From assembly GCA_913043225.1 (NCBI GenBank), contig CAJWLU010000008.1, positions 32,001 through 96,000 of the forward strand: a DNA stretch of 64,000 bases, read 5' to 3'. A model generated the notes under the pieces. It did no database searches and was not told the origin of the DNA. It worked only from the letters and a program-made list of their open reading frames with translations. Source of the stretch: an uncultured Acidobacteriota bacterium (GTDB taxonomy: Bacteria; Acidobacteriota; Vicinamibacteria; Vicinamibacterales; UBA8438). Position numbers and translations under genes: made by a program. Below are positions 1-9,128 of this stretch, in pieces (position 1 is the stretch's first letter; every line of letters starts with the position of its first letter).

Positions 1-387
1 CCGGTTGCCATGAGCCGCGTGATAGGCCACGACGGTCGCCTCATCCGGTGGATCGACGCCAACGCCATCTTCCAGCATGAACGTCATCTTCTGTGCGAGC
101 CGACGGCGAACGATCGTGTCGTCACGATCGAGCCCAAGGCGGAGCGCCTCGCGATAGAGGATCTCTTCCCGGATCGCGTCGTTGACGAGCCCCCTCAGTT
201 CCGCCTCGGTCGGTGGACGATCCCACTGGACGGTCCAGCGTTCCCGGATGCCGGCCAGCTGCAGTTCGCCAATCTCGATCGTCCGGGTCGCGCGGTCGTC
301 GCCCCCTCGCCACCGGTCGAACGTGAAGACAGCGCCACCAAGGAAGAGGAAAACCACGAGGGGGGTGACACCACGAGGTGCAGACAT
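1..387 (-). CDS. PpiC/Rotamase_2-type peptidyl-prolyl isomerase family protein, N-terminal part (runs off the window edge)
   Basis: Not in the ORF track. Manual translation from ATG at 387: MSAPRGVTPLVVFLFLGGAVF...WDRPPTEAELRGLVNDAIREEILYREALRLGLDRDDTIVRRRLAQKMTFM, the typical N-terminal signature of this family; N-terminal hydrophobic anchor. Confidence 0.85.
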   Translation of the reverse strand, partial: MSAPRGVTPLVVFLFLGGAVFTFDRWRGGDDRATRTIEIGELQLAGIRERWTVQWDRPPTEAELRGLVNDAIREEILYREALRLGLDRDDTIVRRRLAQKMTFMLEDGVGVDPPDEATVVAYHAAHGNR

Positions 388-560
388 GGTTCGTCGGTCG
401 GAAACGGCCAGATTATGTCATCGCCTAGCACGTTTCTGCGTTGGTCGGTCCCGTCTCCAGTCCCTTCGTTGGAGTCTTCAGGTTGACTGAAAGCCAACCA
501 TCCTTTGGTGGCGGGTTAGTTCCTTCAGTCACCACGCCGAGGAGTGCGCCGCGATTTCTC

Positions 561-1028
561 CTACGCCTGCGCCCGGTGCATTACTACGAGTTGTCCCAGG
601 TGATAGGAGTTGTGGTTCCCGATGATCAGGAGCTCTCGCAGCAGAGTGTGCTCCGGGTTACGCTGGAGCGGCGCCATGAGATCACGATCCGGGTCGCGTG
701 CGATAGTGCGCAGGGCGTCGAGATCGGCCAGAAACTGCTCCACACTGGACCGCCACTCGGTCTCGGAGGCCTTGCCCTCGGCGGTCGGCCAGTACCCATC
801 CGGGAACGTCAGCTCCTGGTAGTCGCCGTCGGAGACATAATCGAGGATGTCCCGCTGCGCGAGGCGCAGATGTTCGAGCAGTTGCCACGGCGTGTACGGT
901 ACGCCGGGCAGTGCGGCGTTGATCCGATCGAGCGGGAATCGTTCGAACAGTTCTTGCGGTCGGATATGCGCCTGGGCGCCGTCGAGCAGCCGACCGAGTT
1001 GCTCCCGGAGCACGTCGTCGCCATCCAT
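561..1028 (-). CDS. DinB family protein
   Basis: Start re-called at MDGDDVLREQL, 2 nt after the upstream stop; motifs TPWQLLEHLR and HNSYHLGQL. Confidence 0.85.
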   Translation of the reverse strand: MDGDDVLREQLGRLLDGAQAHIRPQELFERFPLDRINAALPGVPYTPWQLLEHLRLAQRDILDYVSDGDYQELTFPDGYWPTAEGKASETEWRSSVEQFLADLDALRTIARDPDRDLMAPLQRNPEHTLLRELLIIGNHNSYHLGQLVVMHRAQA

Positions 1029-1030
1029 CG

Positions 1031-2059
1031 TCAGTCCGGATTCTCCAGCCGCTGGTAGATGCGTCCCACGGTCAACGGGTCTACACCGACGTTGCGGATC
1101 GGGATGCCGGTGTGACTCGTCAGGTCGATCGTGCGTGAGGCCTCCTCGACACTCACGCCCTCGCGATACTTTGTTTCGGTCTCCCGCCAGAGGTCCCGGT
1201 AGTAGTCTTGGACCACATCGATCCGTGAAAGATCGGTTACGGGCGGACCATGTCCGGGGACGAATACGTCGAAGTCGAGCGCCTTCAGGTTCTCGAGCGT
1301 CTGTGGCCACTCATCGACAAAGCCATCGCCCAGAAACGAGGGGCCGTTGAGTGCCATGTCGCCCGTGAATACCACTCCGTCGTCGGGAAAGTAGACGGCG
1401 ACGTCGCCGCCGGTGTGCGCTCGCCCGAGGAACAAGATCTGGATCTCGCGATTGCCGCGATAGAGCGTCATCCGGTCGCTCATGGTGACCGATGGTGGCA
1501 CTGGGGCGATTTCGTCGAAGTCTTGGACATGCGCGGCGAAGAGGTCGTAGTCAGCCTGCCGACGCGCCTGCTCAGTCGCGTCGGTTGCGTCGGCGATCTC
1601 TTCTTGCATCCGCTCCAGGCGTGCCTGGTTGCCGACCACGCCACGGGTATAGGTGGGTTCGTCGAGTGGCGCCGTGGCCAGCTTCTCGTAGGTGAACTCG
1701 TGTCCGATGATCGGGATGTCGGTGAACTCCTGGTTCCCGTGGGCATGGTCCCAATGGTGGTGGGAGTTGATGACGGCCGTGATCTGATTAGAGGTCAGCG
1801 TGCGCACCGAGGCGATCAGATCTCTCGCCTTTGAGGGTGTTACGTGCGAGTCGACCAACACGACATCGTCGTCGTTGATGATTACCAGCGCGTTGCTGTT
1901 AAAGACCGGAGCGGTGGTCTGCGCCAGGAAGATGCCGTTGCGCACTTCCGTGAAGCGGTGTGTGTCTGTTGTGGCCGGCTGCGCCGCGAGCAGCAGACCG
2001 CTGGCGGCGACCATGGTGGCTCCCAGCAGGATTCGCGCGGAGGGTCGTCGTCTGATCAT
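1031..2059 (-). CDS. Secreted MBL-fold metallo-hydrolase (cyclase-like)
   Basis: Signal peptide; NSHHHWDHAHGN, AHTGGD, FTGD, VPGHG motifs. Confidence 0.9.
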   Translation of the reverse strand: MIRRRPSARILLGATMVAASGLLLAAQPATTDTHRFTEVRNGIFLAQTTAPVFNSNALVIINDDDVVLVDSHVTPSKARDLIASVRTLTSNQITAVINSHHHWDHAHGNQEFTDIPIIGHEFTYEKLATAPLDEPTYTRGVVGNQARLERMQEEIADATDATEQARRQADYDLFAAHVQDFDEIAPVPPSVTMSDRMTLYRGNREIQILFLGRAHTGGDVAVYFPDDGVVFTGDMALNGPSFLGDGFVDEWPQTLENLKALDFDVFVPGHGPPVTDLSRIDVVQDYYRDLWRETETKYREGVSVEEASRTIDLTSHTGIPIRNVGVDPLTVGRIYQRLENPD

Positions 2060-2150
2060 GTTGGGATGCTACCAGGGAACCGGTCGCTGCGGATACGCAC
2101 GCCCATGGACAGCGCCTGGTCTCAGCTCGCACAATATCGTCTGTGGTGTG

Positions 2151-5100
2151 ATGGCCTTGCAAAGACGCGCGACATCTTCCGGCTGGGGGGCCCGTTCGGC
2201 GCTGCTGGTGCTGCTAGTGGCTTCTCCGGCGAGCTCGCAGGATCCGGCGACCGGTACGCCCAACTTTTTGAGCCCCCATGCCGGCCCGATTGCGGTCAGC
2301 GGAGGATTGGTCTACGTGGCCAACACGCCGGGGGCGACCCTGGATGTCCTCGACGCGGCGTCCCTCGAGCTCGTCGCGCGGGTACGGGTTGGCGTCGATC
2401 CGGTAGGCGTTGCCGTTCGACCTGATGGCCGGGAAGTCTGGGTGGCTAACCACGTGTCCGACGCGGTGAGTGTCGTCGACACTGACAGCTCTAGTCCGAC
2501 CTACCTGCAGGTCGTGGCGACTGTGCAGGATCTCGATCCGGTGAGTCGAGGAACCCGCTTCGACGAGCCCGTAGGTGTTGTCTTCGCCAGCGACGAGAAA
2601 GCCTACGTCTCGTTGTCGTCGGAGAACGAGGTGGCTGTGGTGGACGTGGCAACGCGGTCGGTCGTACGCCGGCTGTCGATCACGGCCCAGGATCCCCGCG
2701 CGCTCGCCGTTCGGGGTAACCGACTGTTCGTTGCGCCGTTCGAATCCAACAACCAGACTCAGCTCTCCGGTTGTGTCGGGCCGATCGACGGCGAGCTATG
2801 TACTTTCGACGCGCAGGAGCATGTGGTCGACAACAACAACGTGTTGTCACTCGGGTATGACGCCGATATCGTGCGCCACCCCGCCGTGCCGGACCGCGAC
2901 CTGTTCGTGTTCGATACGGCGACCGACGCCCTAGTCGAGGTGGTCGACACGGTTGGGACGTTGCTCTACGGCATGGCGGTCGATTCGGTCGGCCGGGTCT
3001 TCGTGGCGCAGACCGAGGCTCGCAACGACGCCAACGGCCGGGCCGGAACCCTGAAACATGGCTTGGCTGAGATGGGGAACCGCCCGTTTCTCAACCGCGT
3101 CACACGCGTTGATTGTGCCGGAGCCAGTTGCGGGCCGCCCGAGTTCCTCGAACTCGAGCCGCTGCCGCCGGCGGAGCCTGCCCCAGACGCCGCATTGGCC
3201 ACGCCCTATGCCATCTCGGTCAGCGCCGATGACCGTACCCTCGTGGCCACCGCGGCCAGCTCCGACGTTCTCTTCACTCTCGACGCCGCTAGCGGGGCGG
3301 TGCTGGGCCGGGTCGCGGTGGGCGCGGTGCCCCGGGGCGTAGCGCTGGAGTCGGCCGCCGACGGTGCCGCCACGCGCGCCTGGGTGCTGAACGCCGTCGA
3401 CAATTCCGTCTCGCTCGTCGACTTGACCGATCGGACGCAACCGCAACTCGCCGCGACAATCCCACTCGACGATCCGACCCACCTCGTGGTCAAGCTGGGT
3501 CGGGTGGCGTTCTCGACGGCCCGCGCGTCGACTGGCGGCACGTTCTCGTGTGAAAGCTGTCACCCCGACGGCCACACGGATCAGCTGCTGTGGGTGCTGG
3601 ACACCCCTGTCTGCAATGTGGCCGGGTGCACCCAGGTGCCCCCGCGGTCGACCATGCCGATCCGGGGCCTACGCGATACGGCGCCGTACCACTGGGACGG
3701 GATTCCGGGCGATCCGTATGGGGGGGCGAACACCGCGAACATCGGAACATCGGTGACGGCCAATTGCGACCCGCTGGTGCCAGAGAGCTGCACACGCCAG
3801 CTCTTGGACGGCACTCTCGCCACGACGATGTGCCTGGTTGACGATTGCCCGATCAATGACGAGGGATTGCCGGGTGCACTCGACGCCACCGAGCGCGATG
3901 CGCTGGCTAGGTTTCTCCTAAGCGTGCCGTACCCACCAGCCCAACGCCGTTCCTACGACAACGTACTGTCGACTACGGCCACCACCGGCTTCCGGGTGTT
4001 TCACATCGACGGCGTTCCCGGGGACCAGCCCGGCGATAGGGCGAACGTTTGTGGTAATTGCCATCGGCTGCCGTTCTGGGTAAGCACCAACACACCTGGT
4101 ACCGGCATGGACGCGCCAACTTGGCGCGGAGCGTATGACCGTTGGTTGATCCTTCCGCAGGGGCGATGGAACGTGGTCGACCTGCGGAGGCAGAGTGAGC
4201 GCGATGCCGGGTTTCCTGAGCGGAACATGTGGGGTGCCGCGTTCGGAGTGCAGGTGCCGTTCTGGAACATGGTCACCGAGGGGAGCACGGGGTTCTCGGG
4301 AGCCTACGCCCGTACGCTGACGCTCAGTCGCTCGACGGCGACTGCCGAGCTGACCTCGGATTTGCTTGCTGCGCTGGAGTTGGCGGATCAGGAAGGTGCC
4401 GTGTTCCTCCAGGGAGAAGGGGTCTTCATCGAGCACGACACCGTCACCGCCGCCCGTTTCGCCTACGATGCCGGGTTCTACCTCGAGCAGGATGGAGCCC
4501 GCCGCGCCTTCAGTCGTAGCGCTCTTGTTTCGATGGCAAGAGAAGGCGAATTCGTGGGTACCTTCATTGGTCGCGTAGGACCAAACGTCGATCTCGACCA
4601 CCCCCAGCCGGCCTTGTGGACACTGGGACCAATCCAGGACCAACAGGGCCGTCAGGTTTTTCCGCGAGACTTCGGCGACGGCCGGGCTCTGCAGATCAGT
4701 GCTCGTCATGTGCAGCCCGGAGCCAAGCTTTTCGTCGATGGTCGCCGTGTTGACGGGACGCTCAGGTGTCAGACCGGTGTGCTGCCAAGTTGTACCAGCG
4801 AGATTATCGAAGTTGATCTGGCGCAGTCGCCGCCGGTCTCCGGCCTTCACTTCCTGCAGGTGCAGAACCCGGACGGGCTATTCAGCAATGAGTTCATCTT
4901 CCACCGCGCCATGGCGGCGACGGCCTCAGCTGTGTCAGCACCCGGTGACACCATGGCCGGGGTAGCCACTGACACCGTGCTCTTGAGCTTGCCCCGTATG
5001 CCCGTGGTGGACGGTGTGGTCTCTACCGCTGACGGTCTGAGGTTTGAGCTCGAGACGATGGCGGAGGGCTTCGAGGCGCCGGCACGCGCGGCGGTCGTGC

Positions 5101-6056
5101 CGGACGGCCGGGTGTTGGTGTCCGACGCGGCCGGGCGGCTCTGGTTTGTTGGCGCTGATGGTCAGCGGGCGCCCGCCCCGGCGCTGGTGCTGCCCGAAGC
5201 GCTGATGCCAGGTGCCGGAGATGTGCCAGAGGTCGTCGTCGATCCGGCATTCGAGAAGTCAGGGTTCATCTACGTTCTGTATACCCGACAGTTGTCCGGT
5301 ACGTCCCCGACACGTCAGCTTGTACGCTACCGTGCGGTTGAAGAGCGCTTCGCCGAACCCGCGGTACTGATCGATGCCTTGCCAGCCGGGCCCGGCGATA
5401 CCGGGCGTCTGGCGATCGGCGGTGACCAGCAGCTATACGTGGCGCTTGGCGATGCCGGCACCGAACCGGCCGAGGCGGCAAGCTACCGCGGCAAGGTCCT
5501 TCGGATCGCACTGGATGGCACCACGCCGGTCGACAACCCATTCCTGTCCCCGATCTTCGCTGGGGGCCTCCGGCAGCCGCTGACCTTGGCCTGGCCGTCG
5601 GAGTCAGAGAGTCTCTGGGTCGCCGACCTGGACTCCTCGGGCACCCTGGGTATCACCCCGGTTACCGCCGGATCGGTCGCTCCCCGGGGATCTGCTGTCG
5701 CCTCTCTCGCCAGCGTCGAGAGTGGTAGCGGCCTCGAGGTGATGGCGGTGGCGTTCGCTGGAGCGGTCTCAGCAGCTCCTGTTTTTCGGGATCTCTTCCT
5801 AACGCGGCGGCAAGGTGCTTTCCTCGAACGGTGGCGCCTCGATTTGGAGACGCCCGGTCGAGTCGTTGCTTCCGAGCGTCTGCTGCGCGACCATGTGCCT
5901 CCGTTGATCGACGTTGAGGCCGGTCCGGATGGAACCCTGTACCTCATCACCGACAACGCGGGGTCGGCGGGGGCTGCACTGCTTCGGCTTACGCCGTTAC
6001 TCGATTTCCCAGTCCTTACGTCGCCGGAGCGCCGCATCAGCCTGGAGAGCCGATGA
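2151..6056 (+). CDS. Multidomain secreted protein: YVTN/YncE beta-propeller + di-heme cytochrome c peroxidase/MauG-like domain + Ig-like segment + glucose/sorbosone dehydrogenase-like propeller
   Basis: Start re-called at MALQRR (signal peptide ending PASS-Q). YVAN/VGVDPVGVAV/VWVAN repeats; CESCH (3549-3563) and CGNCH (4050-4064); PRSTMPIRGLRDTAPYHWDG; C-terminal GKVLRIALDGTTPVDNPF. Confidence 0.8.
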   Translation: MALQRRATSSGWGARSALLVLLVASPASSQDPATGTPNFLSPHAGPIAVSGGLVYVANTPGATLDVLDAASLELVARVRVGVDPVGVAVRPDGREVWVANHVSDAVSVVDTDSSSPTYLQVVATVQDLDPVSRGTRFDEPVGVVFASDEKAYVSLSSENEVAVVDVATRSVVRRLSITAQDPRALAVRGNRLFVAPFESNNQTQLSGCVGPIDGELCTFDAQEHVVDNNNVLSLGYDADIVRHPAVPDRDLFVFDTATDALVEVVDTVGTLLYGMAVDSVGRVFVAQTEARNDANGRAGTLKHGLAEMGNRPFLNRVTRVDCAGASCGPPEFLELEPLPPAEPAPDAALATPYAISVSADDRTLVATAASSDVLFTLDAASGAVLGRVAVGAVPRGVALESAADGAATRAWVLNAVDNSVSLVDLTDRTQPQLAATIPLDDPTHLVVKLGRVAFSTARASTGGTFSCESCHPDGHTDQLLWVLDTPVCNVAGCTQVPPRSTMPIRGLRDTAPYHWDGIPGDPYGGANTANIGTSVTANCDPLVPESCTRQLLDGTLATTMCLVDDCPINDEGLPGALDATERDALARFLLSVPYPPAQRRSYDNVLSTTATTGFRVFHIDGVPGDQPGDRANVCGNCHRLPFWVSTNTPGTGMDAPTWRGAYDRWLILPQGRWNVVDLRRQSERDAGFPERNMWGAAFGVQVPFWNMVTEGSTGFSGAYARTLTLSRSTATAELTSDLLAALELADQEGAVFLQGEGVFIEHDTVTAARFAYDAGFYLEQDGARRAFSRSALVSMAREGEFVGTFIGRVGPNVDLDHPQPALWTLGPIQDQQGRQVFPRDFGDGRALQISARHVQPGAKLFVDGRRVDGTLRCQTGVLPSCTSEIIEVDLAQSPPVSGLHFLQVQNPDGLFSNEFIFHRAMAATASAVSAPGDTMAGVATDTVLLSLPRMPVVDGVVSTADGLRFELETMAEGFEAPARAAVVPDGRVLVSDAAGRLWFVGADGQRAPAPALVLPEALMPGAGDVPEVVVDPAFEKSGFIYVLYTRQLSGTSPTRQLVRYRAVEERFAEPAVLIDALPAGPGDTGRLAIGGDQQLYVALGDAGTEPAEAASYRGKVLRIALDGTTPVDNPFLSPIFAGGLRQPLTLAWPSESESLWVADLDSSGTLGITPVTAGSVAPRGSAVASLASVESGSGLEVMAVAFAGAVSAAPVFRDLFLTRRQGAFLERWRLDLETPGRVVASERLLRDHVPPLIDVEAGPDGTLYLITDNAGSAGAALLRLTPLLDFPVLTSPERRISLESR

Positions 6057-8113
6057 CCAGTCACTCTGTCCGGATGTTGTTCTTGTCGACATCGATCGTC
6101 GCCCTGTCGCTATCGGCCGTCACTGCTGCGGCGCAGGAGTCGGCGAGCGCCCACCCTGACGGAGAGTGGCCATTGGTTGGGGGCGACTGGTCCAGCTCGC
6201 GTCACTCGACACTGGACCAGATTTCAACCGCGACGATCGGAAGGCTGGGTGGCGCCTGGGTGAGGGAGTTCGATGGTGGGGCGGCATCCCGTGCCACCCC
6301 CGTCATGGCGGATGGCACGCTCTATCTGACCGCCGGCGCGAACGTCTTCGCGCTCGACGCGCGCACCGGTGACACCCGCTGGCGGTGGCAAACCCCGGAG
6401 GATCGGCCCCAGATGGTGCCCTCGTGGCAGGGTGTCGGGCTGAGCGATGAGCTGCTCTTCGTGGGACTACGCACCTCCGAAGTGGCAGCGATCGACCGCG
6501 ACACCGGGGAGCTGGTGTGGGCCACGGCCATCGGGACCGTGCCACAGGAGATCGGCGAGATGGTGACCACCGCACCCATGTACGCGCGCGGACGTGTCTA
6601 CGCTGGGGTGGCCAGCGGCGACAGCGGCGGACAGGGCCGCATCGTGGCGCTCGATGCCGAGAGCGGAGAGATCGACTGGACCTTCTTCATCGTGCCCCGG
6701 CCGGGCGAGTTCGGCCATGACACCTGGCCGCAGGACTCGAATACCTGGCAGATGGGCGGCGGCGGGGTCTGGCTCGTGGGCACCGTCGACCCCGACCTCG
6801 GGCTGGTCTACTTCGCGACCGGCAATCCGGTGCCGATGTTTGGGGGCGAGATCAGGGCCGGAGACAATCTGTTCACCGCGTCGGTCGTGGCGGTGGACAC
6901 CGAGACGGGCGAGCTCCGCTGGCATTACCAGGTCGTTCGGCACGACGTCTGGGACGCCGACATCGCCACGCCGTTGCTGCTCTATGAGACGCAGGTCGAC
7001 GGGCAGCCACGAAAGGCACTGGCCGCGATGCGTGCCGATGGCTTCCTCTTCCTGTTCGATCGGGAGACGGGTGAGCCGCTGCTGCCGATCGAGCAGCGCC
7101 CCGTGCCCCAGGATCCGGGACAGCTGACGGCCGCCACCCAGCCGTTTCCGATTGGCGCCGAGAGCATACTTCCCGACTGCGCGTACTGGCGCGACCGGGT
7201 GCCGCCGCCCTTTCAGCTGAACTGCAGCGGGTTCACGCCACCCACGGTGGACGCGCACACCGTGGTCGCTCCTGGTGCGCCGATCCCACGTGTCCGGGTG
7301 ACGCCGATGTCGCACAGTCCACAGACTGGCTTCATCTATGCCCAGGGGATGGCGCATGTGGGTCGCATCCGACGGTTCGCCGATCCGTGGCTGGTCAACA
7401 CCGGCGACGTGCAGATCACGCTGCCGGACGCGCTGGGCATCATCGCCGCGGTCGATACGGCGACCGGCCGGGTGGTCTGGAAGCATGAGGTGCCGACCAG
7501 ATTTCTGGGCACGAGCGGGCCGTTGACTACTGCGGGCGGGTTGATGTTCCGCGCGGCACCAGACGGACTCGTCGAGGCCTACGACGCGCGAACCGGGGAC
7601 CGCGCCTGGACCTTCCAGACGGCGCCGGCCGGGGCGCTGATGCGACCGGGGCCGGCGATCACCTACGAACTCGACGGTCGCCAGTATGTCAGCGTTGCCA
7701 TGGGGCGTGAGTTCTGGGCGTTTGCGCTCGACGGCGCGGTCGAGCCGCGGGGAGAGCCGCTCACCGATCTGTGGGCGGGTGTCCCGCCGCGCGGCCCCCG
7801 TCCCGAGGAAACCCAGGAGATCGAGACGGGGACGTTGCTCGAAAGCCCGGCCTGGGCCGTCGGCGGCCGGCGCTATGCCCTGGAGGAGCATCGCTTCAAT
7901 CCGGTGCGGGCGCGGGTTCGCGCCGGTGTCCGGGTCCGGTTCCTCAACAGCGGGGAGATCCCGCACACGATCGCCGCCCGGGACGGTAGCTGGAGCACCG
8001 AGACCCTCGACCCGGCGACCTGGGGGTTCGTCACCTTCGATGAGCCCGGGACGTTCCTGTTCCACTGTGTCGAGCATCCGTGGGCCATCGGTGAGCTCAC
8101 CGTCGAACCGTGA
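6053..8113 (+). CDS. PQQ-dependent dehydrogenase with C-terminal cupredoxin domain
   Basis: Signal peptide; PQQ propeller motifs (ALDARTG..RW, GDNLFTASVVA, HDVWDAD); C-terminal RFNP...PHTI...PGTFLFHCVEHPW; ATGA overlap with the upstream stop. Confidence 0.9.
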   Translation: MTSHSVRMLFLSTSIVALSLSAVTAAAQESASAHPDGEWPLVGGDWSSSRHSTLDQISTATIGRLGGAWVREFDGGAASRATPVMADGTLYLTAGANVFALDARTGDTRWRWQTPEDRPQMVPSWQGVGLSDELLFVGLRTSEVAAIDRDTGELVWATAIGTVPQEIGEMVTTAPMYARGRVYAGVASGDSGGQGRIVALDAESGEIDWTFFIVPRPGEFGHDTWPQDSNTWQMGGGGVWLVGTVDPDLGLVYFATGNPVPMFGGEIRAGDNLFTASVVAVDTETGELRWHYQVVRHDVWDADIATPLLLYETQVDGQPRKALAAMRADGFLFLFDRETGEPLLPIEQRPVPQDPGQLTAATQPFPIGAESILPDCAYWRDRVPPPFQLNCSGFTPPTVDAHTVVAPGAPIPRVRVTPMSHSPQTGFIYAQGMAHVGRIRRFADPWLVNTGDVQITLPDALGIIAAVDTATGRVVWKHEVPTRFLGTSGPLTTAGGLMFRAAPDGLVEAYDARTGDRAWTFQTAPAGALMRPGPAITYELDGRQYVSVAMGREFWAFALDGAVEPRGEPLTDLWAGVPPRGPRPEETQEIETGTLLESPAWAVGGRRYALEEHRFNPVRARVRAGVRVRFLNSGEIPHTIAARDGSWSTETLDPATWGFVTFDEPGTFLFHCVEHPWAIGELTVEP

Positions 8114-8300
8114 TCGGACAACGTCTGCTGCTGGTTGGTGCGTTGTGGCTGTCTGTGGCTTCGAGGCCGGTGAGGGTGCCATCAGAGCGAGGACCGTATC
8201 TGCGATCCGGTATTTGGATTAAGCAGGGCGCGTGCGCGTTGGACCGGTCGAATACACGATCTATCCCGGTCCCGGCCTGACACATGTCCAGGCGGAGGGG
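8110..8300 (+). pseudogene. Possible remnant of a secreted hydrolase gene
   Basis: GTGA-coupled start gives signal-peptide-like MIGQRLLLVGALWLSVAS, then non-protein-like sequence to a stop at 8280; another frame reads VEYTIYPGPGLTH after an in-frame TAA. Confidence 0.3.
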
Positions 8301-8323
8301 CCGCTCCGCACTATGATCGGCCG

Positions 8324-9118
8324 GTGAGCGAGCCTGGAGCTGGCGAGGGTCCGCGGCGGTGGACAGTTCAGACCGTGCTGGAGCGGGACCGTCTGTTCGT
8401 CGGGGCCGGTCTGGTCGGGGTCTCGGGCTTGGCGTGGATCTATTCGGTGTCTGGTGTTGGCCCGATGTCCGGGGAGATGCATGTGCCCCGTACGGCTGTG
8501 TGGGCTCCTTTCGACGCCTGGCTTGTCTTCGTGATGTGGGCGGTGATGATGGTAGCGATGATGGTCCCGTCGGCGTCCCCGGTGGTCATCGCTTTCGCCA
8601 CGCTGCAACGACGGCAAGACACGTCAGCGCGAGTGTGGACGACGGTCGGCGCGTTTCTTTCCGGCTATCTCCTAGTTTGGACCGCGTTCAGTGGCCTCGC
8701 CACGCTGGCCCAGTGGGGGTTACAACGCGCGGCGCTCCTCACGCCGACTGGTGCGAGCGCGACGTCTTGGCTGGCCGGGGTCTTCATGGTGGCGGCCGGC
8801 GCCTTTCAGTGGACGGAGCTGAAAACCTCCTGCCTTAGACACTGTCGTTCACCCTTCGCCTTCTTTTTGGCTTCATGGCGAGATGGTGTCGGTGGGGCGA
8901 TTCGCATGGGGATCGAACATGGGGTGGTGTGCGTCGGATGTTGCTGGGCGCTCATGTTGTTGATGTTCGTAGCCGGTGTCATGAACGTGTACTGGCTGGC
9001 CGGATTGGCGCTATTCGTGCTGGTCGAGAAGGTCGCCCCGGGTGGCGAGCGGTTCGGTCGCTGGGCCGGGTTAGGGTTGATCGGCTGGGGGGTCATGTTG
9101 CTCTCGGAAGCCGTGTAG
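8324..9118 (+). CDS. DUF2182 predicted metal-binding integral membrane protein
   Basis: MWAVMMVAMMVPS, FLSGYLLVW, FQWTELKTSCLRHCRSP, CVGCCWALM, GVMN, LVEK motifs; multiple TM helices. Confidence 0.9.
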   Translation: MSEPGAGEGPRRWTVQTVLERDRLFVGAGLVGVSGLAWIYSVSGVGPMSGEMHVPRTAVWAPFDAWLVFVMWAVMMVAMMVPSASPVVIAFATLQRRQDTSARVWTTVGAFLSGYLLVWTAFSGLATLAQWGLQRAALLTPTGASATSWLAGVFMVAAGAFQWTELKTSCLRHCRSPFAFFLASWRDGVGGAIRMGIEHGVVCVGCCWALMLLMFVAGVMNVYWLAGLALFVLVEKVAPGGERFGRWAGLGLIGWGVMLLSEAV

Positions 9119-9128
9119 CGGAGGTGCG

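Noticed and set aside
10..486. 158-aa plus-strand ORF
   Set aside because: Antisense shadow of the minus-strand PPIase-family gene, which has recognisable motifs.
2151..4910. Hydrazine synthase (hzsBC) call
   Set aside because: Only the architecture is similar; no hzsA or other anammox genes are present, and this domain pair is widespread.
6467..8182. Long antisense ORFs (also 30718-31893, 43043-44221, 49163-50404, 60301-62085)
   Set aside because: Expected in high-GC coding DNA; no motifs, and each overlaps a well-supported gene.
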